Assembly (NCBI GenBank): GCA_046569885.1
Contig: JBKHVV010000001.1
Span: 1 to 56,847, forward strand
From: Bacteroidia bacterium
GTDB taxonomy: Bacteria; Bacteroidota; Bacteroidia; Flavobacteriales_D; Parvicellaceae
Direction of reading: 5' to 3'
DNA: 56,847 bases
Shown here: piece after piece, positions 43,894 through 53,337 of the stretch
How the letters are laid out: each line of letters starts with the position of its first letter
Position numbering within the stretch: the first letter of the stretch is position 1
The notes under the pieces: generated by a model
Database searches by the model: none
Told to the model about the DNA's origin: nothing
What the model saw: the letters and a program-made list of their open reading frames with translations, nothing else
Program-made: the position numbers and the translations under genes

Positions 43894-46146
43894 TCAGTTG
43901 CCTTGAAGCTCGCTAAGCTCTGCTGCGCTTAGGATAACTTCTTTTTTAACCTCAACTTGAGTAGCTTCTTCTTTGTTTTCAGATGTTGTATGACCACCTA
44001 AAATGGGCGCAATTACCAATCCAACCAAACACGTTAATTTGATTAAGATGTTCATTGACGGACCAGACGTATCTTTAAATGGGTCTCCAACGGTATCTCC
44101 AGTTACAGCAGCTTTGTGTGCATCCGAACCTTTGTAGGTCATTTCACCATTAATCATTACACCTGCTTCAAATGATTTTTTAGCATTGTCCCATGCACCA
44201 CCGGCATTGTTTTGGAAAATAGCCCAAAGAACACCCGATACTGCAACACCTGCCATGTATGCACCCAATGCCTCTGCACCCATTACAAAACCAACAATAA
44301 TTGGCGAAATAATAGTGATAGCACCTGGCAACATCATTTCTCTTAACGCAGCTTTCGTAGAAATTTCTACACACTTACCGTATTCTGGTTTTCCTGTGCC
44401 TTCTAATATGCCTGGTATTTCACGGAACTGGCGTCTTACTTCATTAACCATGTCCATAGCAGCTTTACCAACCGATTGCATGGCTAAAGCAGAGAAAATT
44501 ACAGGAATCATACCCCCGATAAACAAGGCAGCCAATACATCTGCTTTGAAAATGTTGATACCATCAATGCCTGTAAACGTAACGTAAGCAGCAAATAGCG
44601 CTAAAGCAGTTAAAGCAGCAGAAGCAATGGCAAACCCTTTACCTACGGCAGCTGTAGTGTTACCTACAGAGTCTAACACGTCTGTGCGTTGACGTACTTC
44701 CTTTGGTAGTTCGCTCATTTCGGCAATACCACCTGCGTTATCGGCAATTGGTCCAAATGCATCAATAGCTAATTGCATAGCCGTAGTTGCCATCATAGCA
44801 GAAGCAGCAATAGCCACACCATAAAAGCCAGCCAACTCATAAGAACCCCAAATGGCTACCGCAAATAATAATACCGATGAAAAGGTTGATTTCATACCTG
44901 TTGCCAAACCAGCAATAATGTTGGTAGCAGCACCAGTAGAAGAGTTTTGTACAATGTTTAATACAGGTTTTTTACCTAACGCTGTATAGTATTCTGTAAA
45001 CGCAGAAATTAAATAGCCCACGCCTAAACCTACCAAGGTAGCATAGAACACGTGGCGGCTTGGAATTTCTTTTACGCCTTCACCAAAGAATTTCATGCTG
45101 ATGGTTTCTGGCAACATCATATCAATTAAGAACCATCCTGCAAAAGCAGAAATAAGAATAGACGTGATGTTACCCAAGTTTAATGCTCTTTGAACTTCTC
45201 CTTCTTTAGCTTCGTTGTTTTTAATCTTTACTAAAAACGTACCGATGATAGATGCTACAATACCTACACCCGCAATTACCAATGGTAATAAGATAGGTCC
45301 CATACCATCAAACTTATCAGTAAATTCAGCCCCACCGTTGGCTTCTACCATGTCTTTAATAATGTAGTTACCCAATACCATAGATGCTAATACTGTAGCC
45401 ACATACGAACCAAATAAATCGGCTCCCATACCCGCTACGTCACCTACGTTATCACCTACGTTATCAGCAATAGTTGCAGGGTTACGTGGGTCATCTTCTG
45501 GAATACCCGCTTCTACTTTACCAACTAAGTCGGCACCAACGTCAGCAGCTTTGGTATAAATACCACCACCTACACGGGCAAACAAAGCAATAGACTCAGC
45601 TCCTAATGAAAAACCAGCCAATGCTTCTAACACTACCGTCATGTTTTGGTAGAAATCGTAATCGCCTCTTGGCAAAATATTGATAAACGTTAAAAAGAAA
45701 ATGCTCAACCCTAATACGGCTAAACCAGCCACACCCAAGCCCATTACGGTACCACCTGAAAACGATACTTTTAATGCTTGTGGCAAACTTGTTTTAGCCG
45801 CTTGTGTAGTTCGCACGTTGGCTTTGGTAGCAATGCGCATACCAATGTTTCCCGCTAAAGCAGAGAACACCGCACCAAATACAAACGCCACCACTATCAT
45901 CCAATGGGTAGTTTCTACATACATAGAAATAGCATACAAGGCAATAGCTGCTATTACTACGAAAATGGCTAAGATTCTGTACTCGGCTTTTAAAAATGCC
46001 ATGGCACCTTCTTGAATGTTTTTGGCAATGCCTTGCATTTTCTCATCACCTGCATCTTGCTTGCTTACCCAAAGGGCTTTTACCGCCATAAATGCCAAAC
46101 CCACTAAGGCCAACACTATAGGTAAAAATTTGATCATGTCTTCCAT
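43894..46146 (-). CDS. hppA: membrane-integral pyrophosphate-energised cation pump (K+-dependent-type signature)
   Basis: 750 aa. Motifs [25 protein letters not shown] (Ala at the K+-dependence position) and [14 protein letters not shown]. Confidence 0.95.
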   Translation of the reverse strand: MEDMIKFLPIVLALVGLAFMAVKALWVSKQDAGDEKMQGIAKNIQEGAMAFLKAEYRILAIFVVIAAIALYAISMYVETTHWMIVVAFVFGAVFSALAGNIGMRIATKANVRTTQAAKTSLPQALKVSFSGGTVMGLGVAGLAVLGLSIFFLTFINILPRGDYDFYQNMTVVLEALAGFSLGAESIALFARVGGGIYTKAADVGADLVGKVEAGIPEDDPRNPATIADNVGDNVGDVAGMGADLFGSYVATVLASMVLGNYIIKDMVEANGGAEFTDKFDGMGPILLPLVIAGVGIVASIIGTFLVKIKNNEAKEGEVQRALNLGNITSILISAFAGWFLIDMMLPETISMKFFGEGVKEIPSRHVFYATLVGLGVGYLISAFTEYYTALGKKPVLNIVQNSSTGAATNIIAGLATGMKSTFSSVLLFAVAIWGSYELAGFYGVAIAASAMMATTAMQLAIDAFGPIADNAGGIAEMSELPKEVRQRTDVLDSVGNTTAAVGKGFAIASAALTALALFAAYVTFTGIDGINIFKADVLAALFIGGMIPVIFSALAMQSVGKAAMDMVNEVRRQFREIPGILEGTGKPEYGKCVEISTKAALREMMLPGAITIISPIIVGFVMGAEALGAYMAGVAVSGVLWAIFQNNAGGAWDNAKKSFEAGVMINGEMTYKGSDAHKAAVTGDTVGDPFKDTSGPSMNILIKLTCLVGLVIAPILGGHTTSENKEEATQVEVKKEVILSAAELSELQGN

Positions 46147-46336
46147 ACGTAAATTATCTAGTTTATTAGTTATTCTGTTTATTTCTGTAACGCTAAAAAC
46201 AATATAAAAAATGTCTTTTCGCTAATATCAATTAAAAAAATCGGACGGCAAAAGTATGGGTTTATACTTTAATGTGCAAAAAAAATGTAGATGACCTTAT
46301 AGAAGCCTATATATCTAGTAAAAGATGCTGCAACAA

Positions 46337-46350
46337 CTGATGTTTATCAT
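46337..46350. promoter_or_regulatory. FNR/CRP-type box CTGAT-GTTT-ATCAT in the hppA/gdhA divergent region
   Basis: Perfect TGAT-N4-ATCA core 100 nt upstream of the gdhA ATG. Confidence 0.4.
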
Positions 46351-46449
46351 TTATTTATAAAAAAAGTCAATTTGAAAATAAGCATATCAAAAAGTTTTTA
46401 CATTTACCCCCTAAAATTAAGTTATCAGTGAATACAAACACTAAATATT

Positions 46450-47802
46450 ATGTCAGATTTTAAATCAGAGATTGATGCTTTTATGGCTCCGCTTCGCGCA
46501 AAACATGGTCACGAAAAAGAGTTTTTACAAGCGGTAGAAGAGGTGGCAGAAACAATTATCCCGTACATGGATAAACATCCAAAGTACAAAAAAGCCAAAA
46601 TTTTAGAAAGAATGGTCGAACCAGAAAGAATCATTATGTTCAGGGTTCCGTGGATTGACGACAAAGGAGAGTTTCAAATAAACACAGGTTATCGTGTACA
46701 AATGAATAGTGCTATTGGTCCTTACAAAGGAGGTATGCGCTTTCATCCATCTGTAAACCTAAGTGTGATGAAATTCTTAGCATTTGAACAAACTCTAAAA
46801 AATAGTCTTACATCCTTACCAATGGGTGGCGGCAAAGGTGGTTCTGACTTTGACCCAAGAGGCAAGTCAGATAACGAAGTGATGCGCTTTTGCCAAAGTT
46901 TAATGACAGAACTATTTCGCTATATTGGACCAGACACCGATGTGCCTGCGGGCGATATTGGTGTAGGAGCAAGAGAAATTGGTTATATGTTTGGTCAATA
47001 CAAACGTTTAAGAAATGAGTTTACAGGTGTTTTTACTGGAAAAGGGATTAATTGGGGTGGTTCTTTGGTTCGCCCAGAAGCCACTGGATTTGGTGCAGTA
47101 TATTTTACCCAAGAAGTTCTCAAAAATATTGGTGAGAATATAAAAGGCAAAACCGTTTCCGTTTCGGGCTTTGGTAACGTTGCCTGGGGAGTGGCTAAAA
47201 AAATAGATGAACTTGGCGGCAAAGTAGTAGCCATTTCAGGTCCTGATGGATTTGTACATGACGAAAAAGGCATTACTGGAAAAAAAGTAGATTATCTACT
47301 TGACATGAGAGCAAGCGGTAGAGATAAAGTAAAAGACTATGCAGATAAGTTTGGCGCTAAATTTTATGCTGAAAAAAAACCTTGGGCATTAAAAGTAGAT
47401 ATCGCCATGCCATGTGCTACCCAAAATGAAATTACCGAAGTTGACGCCAAAGAGTTGGTTAAAAATAAAGTTCGTTTCTTGGTGGAAGTTGCTAATATGC
47501 CAACTACTTTAGATGCTTATAAAATATTAAAAGCAGCAGGTGTGGTTTTTGCACCAAGTAAAGCGGTTAATGCTGGTGGAGTAGCTACTTCAGGGTTGGA
47601 AATGTCGCAAAATTCACTACGGTTATCTTGGTCTCGTGAAGAAGTTGATGATCGCCTTCATAAAATTATGATAGAAATTCACAAAAGCTGTGTTCATCAT
47701 GGATATGATAAAAAAGAAAGAAAAGTTGACTACGTAAAAGGCGCCAACATTGCGGGCTTTGTTAAAGTAGCCGATGCCATGATTGACCAAGGGTTTTGTT
47801 AG
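46450..47802 (+). CDS. gdhA: NADP-specific glutamate dehydrogenase
   Basis: 450 aa. Motifs LPMGGGKGGSDFDP and GFGNVAWG. Confidence 0.95.
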   Translation: MSDFKSEIDAFMAPLRAKHGHEKEFLQAVEEVAETIIPYMDKHPKYKKAKILERMVEPERIIMFRVPWIDDKGEFQINTGYRVQMNSAIGPYKGGMRFHPSVNLSVMKFLAFEQTLKNSLTSLPMGGGKGGSDFDPRGKSDNEVMRFCQSLMTELFRYIGPDTDVPAGDIGVGAREIGYMFGQYKRLRNEFTGVFTGKGINWGGSLVRPEATGFGAVYFTQEVLKNIGENIKGKTVSVSGFGNVAWGVAKKIDELGGKVVAISGPDGFVHDEKGITGKKVDYLLDMRASGRDKVKDYADKFGAKFYAEKKPWALKVDIAMPCATQNEITEVDAKELVKNKVRFLVEVANMPTTLDAYKILKAAGVVFAPSKAVNAGGVATSGLEMSQNSLRLSWSREEVDDRLHKIMIEIHKSCVHHGYDKKERKVDYVKGANIAGFVKVADAMIDQGFC

Positions 47803-47837
47803 AAATAACAGAAAAAAGTTAAGAGTTATAGGTTATT

Positions 47838-47870
47838 AAAAAAATCCCGAGCAATGCTCGGGATTTTTTT
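47838..47870. terminator. bidirectional terminator hairpin, copy 1 of an identical 32-mer
   Basis: AAAAAAATCCCGAGCAATGCTCGGGATTTTTT, with stem ATCCCGAGC/GCTCGGGAT. It overlaps the stop of the minus-strand gene 47869-49578. Confidence 0.8.
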
Positions 47871-49578
47871 ATCGTCTTATTTCTATTTTATTTCTATAAA
47901 CTTCACCATCGTCATCACGAATAGACACTATATAGAAACCTTCATTTAAGCTATCTAATGCTAACGAGAGAGTACTGGATTTTTTTCGAGTACGCACTTT
48001 TTTTACTTCTTGTCCGAAAGAGTTGAAAATACTGACAGAAATTTCTCCTTTTAAATGACTGCTTTCAATAATTAAAAAATCTTTGACAGGATTAGGATAC
48101 ACATTTATTTTCTTTAGTAACGCTGTATTGTTTTCTATATTAGAAAGTGGTGGCGTCCAAATATTAAAATTACAGTCTTCATCTAATTCGTAAAATAAAT
48201 TGGGATTAATGTTTTCTATCACACATTTTTTTCCTGAAGGAAAGTGAACAACCAAGGAGTCAATTTTTGTTTCTGTTCCTAAACCAAAGTGCTTATTAAA
48301 TGTGGTTTGAATTCCATAGCTTTCACCTGCTCTAACTTCTCTTGTCTGAACACCCCAGTTTCCGTATAGTTTTAAAATTGACCCGATGGCATCTGTATTT
48401 GATTGTAATCCTTTTAATCCAAAGACCACATAGTTGTTAGTATTGGTATTATTTATATACAATGCCTCATCAAAACCACTACCAAAAGCGTAACTTGAAT
48501 AAATATCTAAAAATCCATCATGATTGATATCTCCTATACTTAAGCTCCAGCAATCATCTATCAAACTTGTTAGTGGAGTGAATGTTTTATCACCATTATT
48601 TTGGTAAATAATTTTTTGGTTGTTATCATTGGCTGTTACTATATCTAAAAATCCATCGTTATCTAAATCAACAAATATGGATTGAAAATCGTAAATCGTT
48701 GTTGCCATATCAAGTCCGCAAGTGGCACTAATATTTTGGAAAACGCCTCCTCCTAAATTTTCAAATAAACGATTACTATCGTAATGATTGACCAATAAAA
48801 AATCCATATCTCCATCATTATCTATATCTCCAAAATCTGCCGACCAAGACTGTGCCCCATCATCCAATCCTACAGAAGCAGCCATCTCTGTAAAAGTACC
48901 TCCGTCATTCCTATATAAACCATTAATCCTTCTTGGGTCAGTTGGATCGGTTACTCCTGCTCTACATTTAGAGATATATAAATCCATATCTAAATCTCCG
49001 TCAAAGTCCGACCAAACAGAGCCATAGTTTCCTGCATAAGGTGCTGTTGAAATCAATGTATTATCTTCAGAGAGTACACCAGTATCATTACGGTATGAAA
49101 AATTAGCTCCATCATCGTTGCAGACAAACAAATCTACCCAACTATCATTATTTATGTCAATAAAATTAGCTCCCTGTGCAAAAAATGGAGCGGTAACTTC
49201 AGGAGCGGAAAAAACGCCCAATAATGTTTGGTAAAGAATAACTGATTTTTTAAATCCTCCTATAAAAATGTCTCTCAAACCATTTTTGTCTATGTCTGCT
49301 ACAGCTATGCTCCAATTGGAGTAAGTCTCTGTAGAAACATCATAGTAAATACTGTCTTGTAGCATAGTGGTTAAATCTGTCTGGTAAAAAATCCTGAGTT
49401 TACCTTCCTGCTCGACACGGATTAGATCATCCCTACCATCGTTGTTGATATCACAAAAAGCGATTGCAAAACCTACTTCGGTTGAAATGTTATCAAGAAT
49501 GGTGCTTTTATAAAAGCTTATTTGAGTACTACTGATGATAACAGATAAAGAAAAAATAAGAGAAAAAATTATTTTCAT
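47869..49578 (-). CDS. FG-GAP/VCBS-repeat, UnbV/ASPIC-domain (CRTAC1-like) protein with T9SS C-terminal sorting domain
   Basis: 569 aa with repeated D-x-(D/N)-x-D-G-x-x-D loops (DINNDGRDDL, DIDNDGDMDF, DLDNDGFLDI, DINHDGFLDI). UnbV-like REVRAGESYGIQTTFNKHFGLG. C-terminal VYPNPVKDFLIIE...GFYIVSIRDDDG. Confidence 0.75.
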   Translation of the reverse strand: MKIIFSLIFSLSVIISSTQISFYKSTILDNISTEVGFAIAFCDINNDGRDDLIRVEQEGKLRIFYQTDLTTMLQDSIYYDVSTETYSNWSIAVADIDKNGLRDIFIGGFKKSVILYQTLLGVFSAPEVTAPFFAQGANFIDINNDSWVDLFVCNDDGANFSYRNDTGVLSEDNTLISTAPYAGNYGSVWSDFDGDLDMDLYISKCRAGVTDPTDPRRINGLYRNDGGTFTEMAASVGLDDGAQSWSADFGDIDNDGDMDFLLVNHYDSNRLFENLGGGVFQNISATCGLDMATTIYDFQSIFVDLDNDGFLDIVTANDNNQKIIYQNNGDKTFTPLTSLIDDCWSLSIGDINHDGFLDIYSSYAFGSGFDEALYINNTNTNNYVVFGLKGLQSNTDAIGSILKLYGNWGVQTREVRAGESYGIQTTFNKHFGLGTETKIDSLVVHFPSGKKCVIENINPNLFYELDEDCNFNIWTPPLSNIENNTALLKKINVYPNPVKDFLIIESSHLKGEISVSIFNSFGQEVKKVRTRKKSSTLSLALDSLNEGFYIVSIRDDDGEVYRNKIEIRR

Positions 49579-49653
49579 AATGCTTTATTTTAAGTAAACA
49601 TAACAACACTTCCATTAAGATAAAAATCATTTTTACCTCTTAATTGTATTCCT

Positions 49654-49686
49654 AAAAAAAATCCCGAGCAATGCTCGGGATTTTTT
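49654..49686. terminator. bidirectional terminator hairpin, copy 2 of the identical 32-mer
   Basis: The 32-mer at 49655-49686 is identical to 47838-47869. It lies just downstream of the stop of gene 49693-50037. Confidence 0.8.
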
Positions 49687-49692
49687 GTTGTG

Positions 49693-50037
49693 TTACTCTT
49701 TTATTTCTTTCTGCTCTTTACTTTTTCGTATAAAGTAGAACACCATTAGGGCTAATCCTCCAAATAGTATGGCTAATACTAATGCTGCAGTATCGCTGTT
49801 TAAATTTAATTGCTCATAGAACATATTCCCTAAAAGAATACCTGCCGCTACACCCAGCAATAACAAACCCCACATTAAAGGCGCCATGGTTGGTTTTTTT
49901 GGTTCTTCTTGAGGAATGATTCCTTGTTCAATCATCTTCATTCGCTCTTTGTGTTTAGTATGAGCTCCATAAATTGCGAGACCTATACCCATTACGATTG
50001 CTACTATTGGCACAAATGATCCTATTACATCTTCCAT
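49693..50037 (-). CDS. small membrane protein (3 predicted TM)
   Basis: 114 aa with hydrophobic segments IGSFVPIVAIVMGIGLAIYGA, LMWGLLLLGVAAGILLG and ALVLAILFGGLALMVFYF. It is divergent from the ECF sigma gene. Confidence 0.5.
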   Translation of the reverse strand: MEDVIGSFVPIVAIVMGIGLAIYGAHTKHKERMKMIEQGIIPQEEPKKPTMAPLMWGLLLLGVAAGILLGNMFYEQLNLNSDTAALVLAILFGGLALMVFYFIRKSKEQKEIKE

Positions 50038-50069
50038 TTTCTTTTTGTTTTATTGGTTTATGTACATTG

Positions 50070-50096
50070 GACGCCTCGAGTTGTAATTCGGTTACA
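50070..50096 (-). promoter_or_regulatory. ECF-type promoter (TGTAAC-N17-CGTC) for the small membrane protein gene
   Basis: The minus strand reads TGTAAC (50096-50091), 17 nt, then CGTC (50073-50070). Confidence 0.45.
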
Positions 50097-50109
50097 AAAA
50101 AATGTAACT

Positions 50110-50136
50110 TGTAACCAAATTTTTAGTGAAAGCGTC
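50110..50136 (+). promoter_or_regulatory. ECF-type autoregulatory promoter (TGTAAC-N17-CGTC)
   Basis: TGTAAC (50110-50115), 17 nt, then CGTC (50133-50136), ending 14 nt upstream of ATG 50151. Confidence 0.45.
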
Positions 50137-50150
50137 TAATACATTGTTTA

Positions 50151-50702
50151 ATGACAGACGAAAATTATATAAAGCAAATTCTAAATGGGAACACTAATGC
50201 ATTTAAGCACTTGGTGGATAAATACAAAGACCTTGTGTTTTCTGTGGTGTACAATGTATTGCAACAACAAGAAGATGCAGAAGAAGTAACGCAAGATAGT
50301 TTTTTAAAGGCATACCAAAATTTACATACCTACAGAGCCGAAAGTAAATTTTCTACATGGATTTATAGAATTGCCTATAATAATGCGGTGTCAAAATCGC
50401 GGTTGAAGCAAAAAAATAATCAGCCACTGAATGAAAAACTATCTGTTGCAGATTATTCTACCGAAAATAACATAGCCAATGCAAGCATTACAGAAGTTGT
50501 TGAGCATGGTTTAAAACTTCTTCCGGAACAAGACGCAGCCATTATTAGTTTATACTATTTAGATGAATTGCCTATTAAAGAAATTGCAACTGTTGTGTCT
50601 TTATCAGAAAGTAACGTAAAAGTAAAATTGTTTAGAGCACGAAAAGAATTATACAACTTATTAGAAAACGAATACAAAAACGAACTCCATGACCTCATTT
50701 GA
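50151..50702 (+). CDS. ECF (sigma-70 group 4) RNA polymerase sigma factor
   Basis: 183 aa. Region 2 (FSTWIYRIAYNNA) and region 4 HTH (LDELPIKEIATVVSLSESNVKVKLFRARKEL). Confidence 0.85.
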   Translation: MTDENYIKQILNGNTNAFKHLVDKYKDLVFSVVYNVLQQQEDAEEVTQDSFLKAYQNLHTYRAESKFSTWIYRIAYNNAVSKSRLKQKNNQPLNEKLSVADYSTENNIANASITEVVEHGLKLLPEQDAAIISLYYLDELPIKEIATVVSLSESNVKVKLFRARKELYNLLENEYKNELHDLI

Positions 50703-51018
50703 TAACAACCCCAAATTAGACGCTTTACTAAAGCAAGGACTTAAGAAAAATGCGCCTATTAACTTTACAGATAATGTGATGCAAAAAGTATTGGCTCAAA
50801 ACAAAACCGCTACAATAACCACAGGATTTGATTATAGCAAACTTATTTTAGCTATTGTTTTATGTCTTGCCATTTTGGTATATATACAGCAAAAACAACT
50901 GATTGAACTACCAAAAATTTCTTCTCAATTTATGGGTGTTGCTACTATTTTTTTCTCGGTACTTGTGTTGTTGTTGGGTATAGATAAACTATTTGCTTCA
51001 AAAAGTTTAAGGCATTAA
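50689..51018 (+). CDS. putative single-pass anti-sigma factor
   Basis: 109 aa. It overlaps the sigma gene by 14 nt and has two hydrophobic segments. No conserved motif was recognised. Confidence 0.4.
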   Translation: MTSFDNNPKLDALLKQGLKKNAPINFTDNVMQKVLAQNKTATITTGFDYSKLILAIVLCLAILVYIQQKQLIELPKISSQFMGVATIFFSVLVLLLGIDKLFASKSLRH

Positions 51019-51047
51019 AAAGCCCCGAAAAATCTCAGGGCTTTCTT
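51017..51047. terminator. possible terminator between convergent genes
   Basis: AAAGCCC (51019-51025) / GGGCTTT (51038-51044) with a 12-nt loop. This is a weak hairpin. Confidence 0.4.
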
Positions 51048-51069
51048 CATAATTATTTCTATCAAAAAA

Positions 51070-53337
51070 CTAATTCTTCACACTTGCTCTGATGATGTTC
51101 AAAGCGCCACCTGCTTTAAACCACTCAATTTGTTGAGCGTTGTACGTGTGGTTCACTTTAATTTCATCTTTGCTGCCATCTGCGTGGTGTAAAACCAATG
51201 TTAATGGTGTGTTGGGTACAAAACTTGTCAATCCGATAATATCTATTGAATCGTCTTCTTTAATTTTATCATAGTCCGCTTTATCGGTAAATGTTAATGC
51301 CAACATACCTTGCTTTTTCAAGTTGGTTTCGTGAATACGTGCAAACGATTTTACCAATACCGCACGTACGCCCAAGTGGCGTGGCTCCATAGCGGCATGT
51401 TCACGAGATGAACCTTCGCCATAGTTTTCATCACCTACTACGATTGAGCCTATGCCTTGCGCTTTGTATTGGCGCTGTACCACAGGCACACCTTCGTAAG
51501 CACCTGTTAATTGATTTTTAACGCTGTCGGTTTTTTCGTTAAACGCATTTACCGCACCAATTAAAAGGTTGTTTGAAATGTTATCTAAATGTCCACGGTA
51601 TTTTAACCATTTACCTGCCATAGAAATATGGTCGGTAGTACATTTTCCTTTCGCTTTGATTAAGAGTTTTAACCCTTTTAAATCGGTGCCTTCCCATGCT
51701 GCAAATGGGTCTAATAGTTGCAGACGGTCTGATGTTGGTGAAACTACAACACTTACTTTGCTGCCATCTTCTGCCGGTGCTTGATAACCCGCATCTTCTA
51801 CAGCAAAACCATTTTTAGGTAATTCATCTCCACTTGGTGGGTCTAATTTTACTTGCTCCCCTTTTTCGTTGGTTAGCGTATCTGTTAATGGATTAAAGGT
51901 TAAATCACCCGCAATAGCCATAGCGGTCACTAACTCTGGCGAAGCCACAAATGCATACGTATTGGGATTGCCATCGGCACGTTTTGCAAAGTTTCTGTTG
52001 AATGAGTGGATGATGGTATTTTTCTCTTGTTTTTCAGCGCCCATTCTATCCCACATACCAATACATGGACCGCAAGCATTGGTAAATACTTTCGCACCAA
52101 TTTGGTCAAACACATCTAAGAAACCATCGCGTTTAATGGTATATCTAATTTGCTCAGAACCCGGATTGATTAAGTACTCTGATTTTGCTTTTAAATTTTT
52201 ATCTGACACTTGTTTTGCCAAACTCACTGCACGAGAAATATCTTCGTACGATGAATTGGTGCAAGAACCAATCAATCCAACAGAAATTTTTAACGGCCAA
52301 CCATTTTTAATGGCTTCTTCTTTCAATTTTGAAATAGGCGTTGCTAAATCTGGAGTGAAGGGACCATTTACGTGCGGCTCTAATTCCGATAAATTGATTT
52401 CTATAACTTGGTCGAAGTATTTTTCTGGATTGGCATATACTTCCGTATCTGCCGTTAAATGTTCTTTTACGGTATCTGCCAAAGCCGCAACATCGGCACG
52501 ACCCGTTGCTTTTAAATATCGCGCCATTGAATCGTCATAACCAAAGGTAGAAGTGGTGGCGCCAATTTCAGCACCCATGTTACAAATAGTACCTTTACCT
52601 GTACAGCTCATAGATATAGCGCCTTCACCAAAATATTCTACTACGGCATCTGTTCCACCTTTTACGGTAAGAATTCCTGCAACTTTTAAGATAACGTCTT
52701 TAGGTGCAGTCCAACCGTTTAGTTTTCCTGTTAATTTTACACCAATCAATTTCGGCATTTTTAATTCCCAAGCCAATCCTGCCATTACATCACACGCATC
52801 TGCTCCACCAACACCAATGGCAATCATTCCCAAACCACCGGCATTTACCGTGTGTGAGTCGGTACCAATCATCATACCACCTGGAAATGCATAGTTTTCA
52901 AGCACTACTTGGTGAATAATTCCTGCGCCTGGTTTCCAAAAACCGATGCCATATTTGTTAGAAACGCTTCCTAAAAAATCGAAAACTTCTTTGCTTTCGT
53001 TAGTAGCAAAAGCTAAATCTTTGTCGGCACCTTCTTTAGCCATAATTAAGTGGTCGCAATGCACGGTACTTGGCACAGCCACTTTTGGACGACCCGACTG
53101 CATAAACTGCAACAACGCCATTTGAGCCGTTGCATCTTGCATGGCTACTCTATCGGGAGCAAAATCTACATACGATTTTCCTCTTTCAAATACTTGTGCT
53201 TGTTGCTCTTTGTGTAAGTGTGCATACAGAATTTTTTCTGTCAACGTAAGCGGACGCCCTACTAATTTTCTTGCTGCTTCTACTCTTGCCGGAAGGTTTT
53301 TATACACTTCCTTAATCATTTCAATGTCAAACGCCAT
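51070..53337 (-). CDS. acnA: aconitate hydratase (mitochondrial-type, ~755 aa)
   Basis: Motifs IGTDSHT, Fe-S Cys ligands in [10 protein letters not shown] and [10 protein letters not shown]. The start is taken at ATG 53337 ([15 protein letters not shown]...). The track ORF extends 44 codons further upstream. Confidence 0.9.
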   Translation of the reverse strand: MAFDIEMIKEVYKNLPARVEAARKLVGRPLTLTEKILYAHLHKEQQAQVFERGKSYVDFAPDRVAMQDATAQMALLQFMQSGRPKVAVPSTVHCDHLIMAKEGADKDLAFATNESKEVFDFLGSVSNKYGIGFWKPGAGIIHQVVLENYAFPGGMMIGTDSHTVNAGGLGMIAIGVGGADACDVMAGLAWELKMPKLIGVKLTGKLNGWTAPKDVILKVAGILTVKGGTDAVVEYFGEGAISMSCTGKGTICNMGAEIGATTSTFGYDDSMARYLKATGRADVAALADTVKEHLTADTEVYANPEKYFDQVIEINLSELEPHVNGPFTPDLATPISKLKEEAIKNGWPLKISVGLIGSCTNSSYEDISRAVSLAKQVSDKNLKAKSEYLINPGSEQIRYTIKRDGFLDVFDQIGAKVFTNACGPCIGMWDRMGAEKQEKNTIIHSFNRNFAKRADGNPNTYAFVASPELVTAMAIAGDLTFNPLTDTLTNEKGEQVKLDPPSGDELPKNGFAVEDAGYQAPAEDGSKVSVVVSPTSDRLQLLDPFAAWEGTDLKGLKLLIKAKGKCTTDHISMAGKWLKYRGHLDNISNNLLIGAVNAFNEKTDSVKNQLTGAYEGVPVVQRQYKAQGIGSIVVGDENYGEGSSREHAAMEPRHLGVRAVLVKSFARIHETNLKKQGMLALTFTDKADYDKIKEDDSIDIIGLTSFVPNTPLTLVLHHADGSKDEIKVNHTYNAQQIEWFKAGGALNIIRASVKN

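Noticed and set aside
43850-43896. Selenocysteine (SECIS-directed) decoding of the hppA TGA
   Set aside because: I see no convincing stem-loop immediately 3' of the UGA. The only small hairpin (CCAAU-GCC-AUUGG) is about 50 nt downstream, too far for a bacterial SECIS. The position is a linker, not a redox site, and no sel genes are visible. Readthrough, mutation or sequencing error is more parsimonious.
44186-46015. Plus-strand ORFs of 133 aa (44186-44587) and 111 aa (45680-46015), plus a 64-aa minus-strand ORF (44180-44374), all inside hppA
   Set aside because: They lie entirely within a strongly supported, motif-rich CDS. Their translations are low-complexity Ala/Pro/Thr strings typical of antisense or off-frame shadows, and they have no start context or motifs.
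51569-52919. Long antisense ORFs (71, 223, 113 and 71 aa) opposite the aconitase gene
   Set aside because: These are shadow ORFs of a highly conserved gene. They have no recognisable domains, and their open frames are explained by the codon bias of the sense strand.
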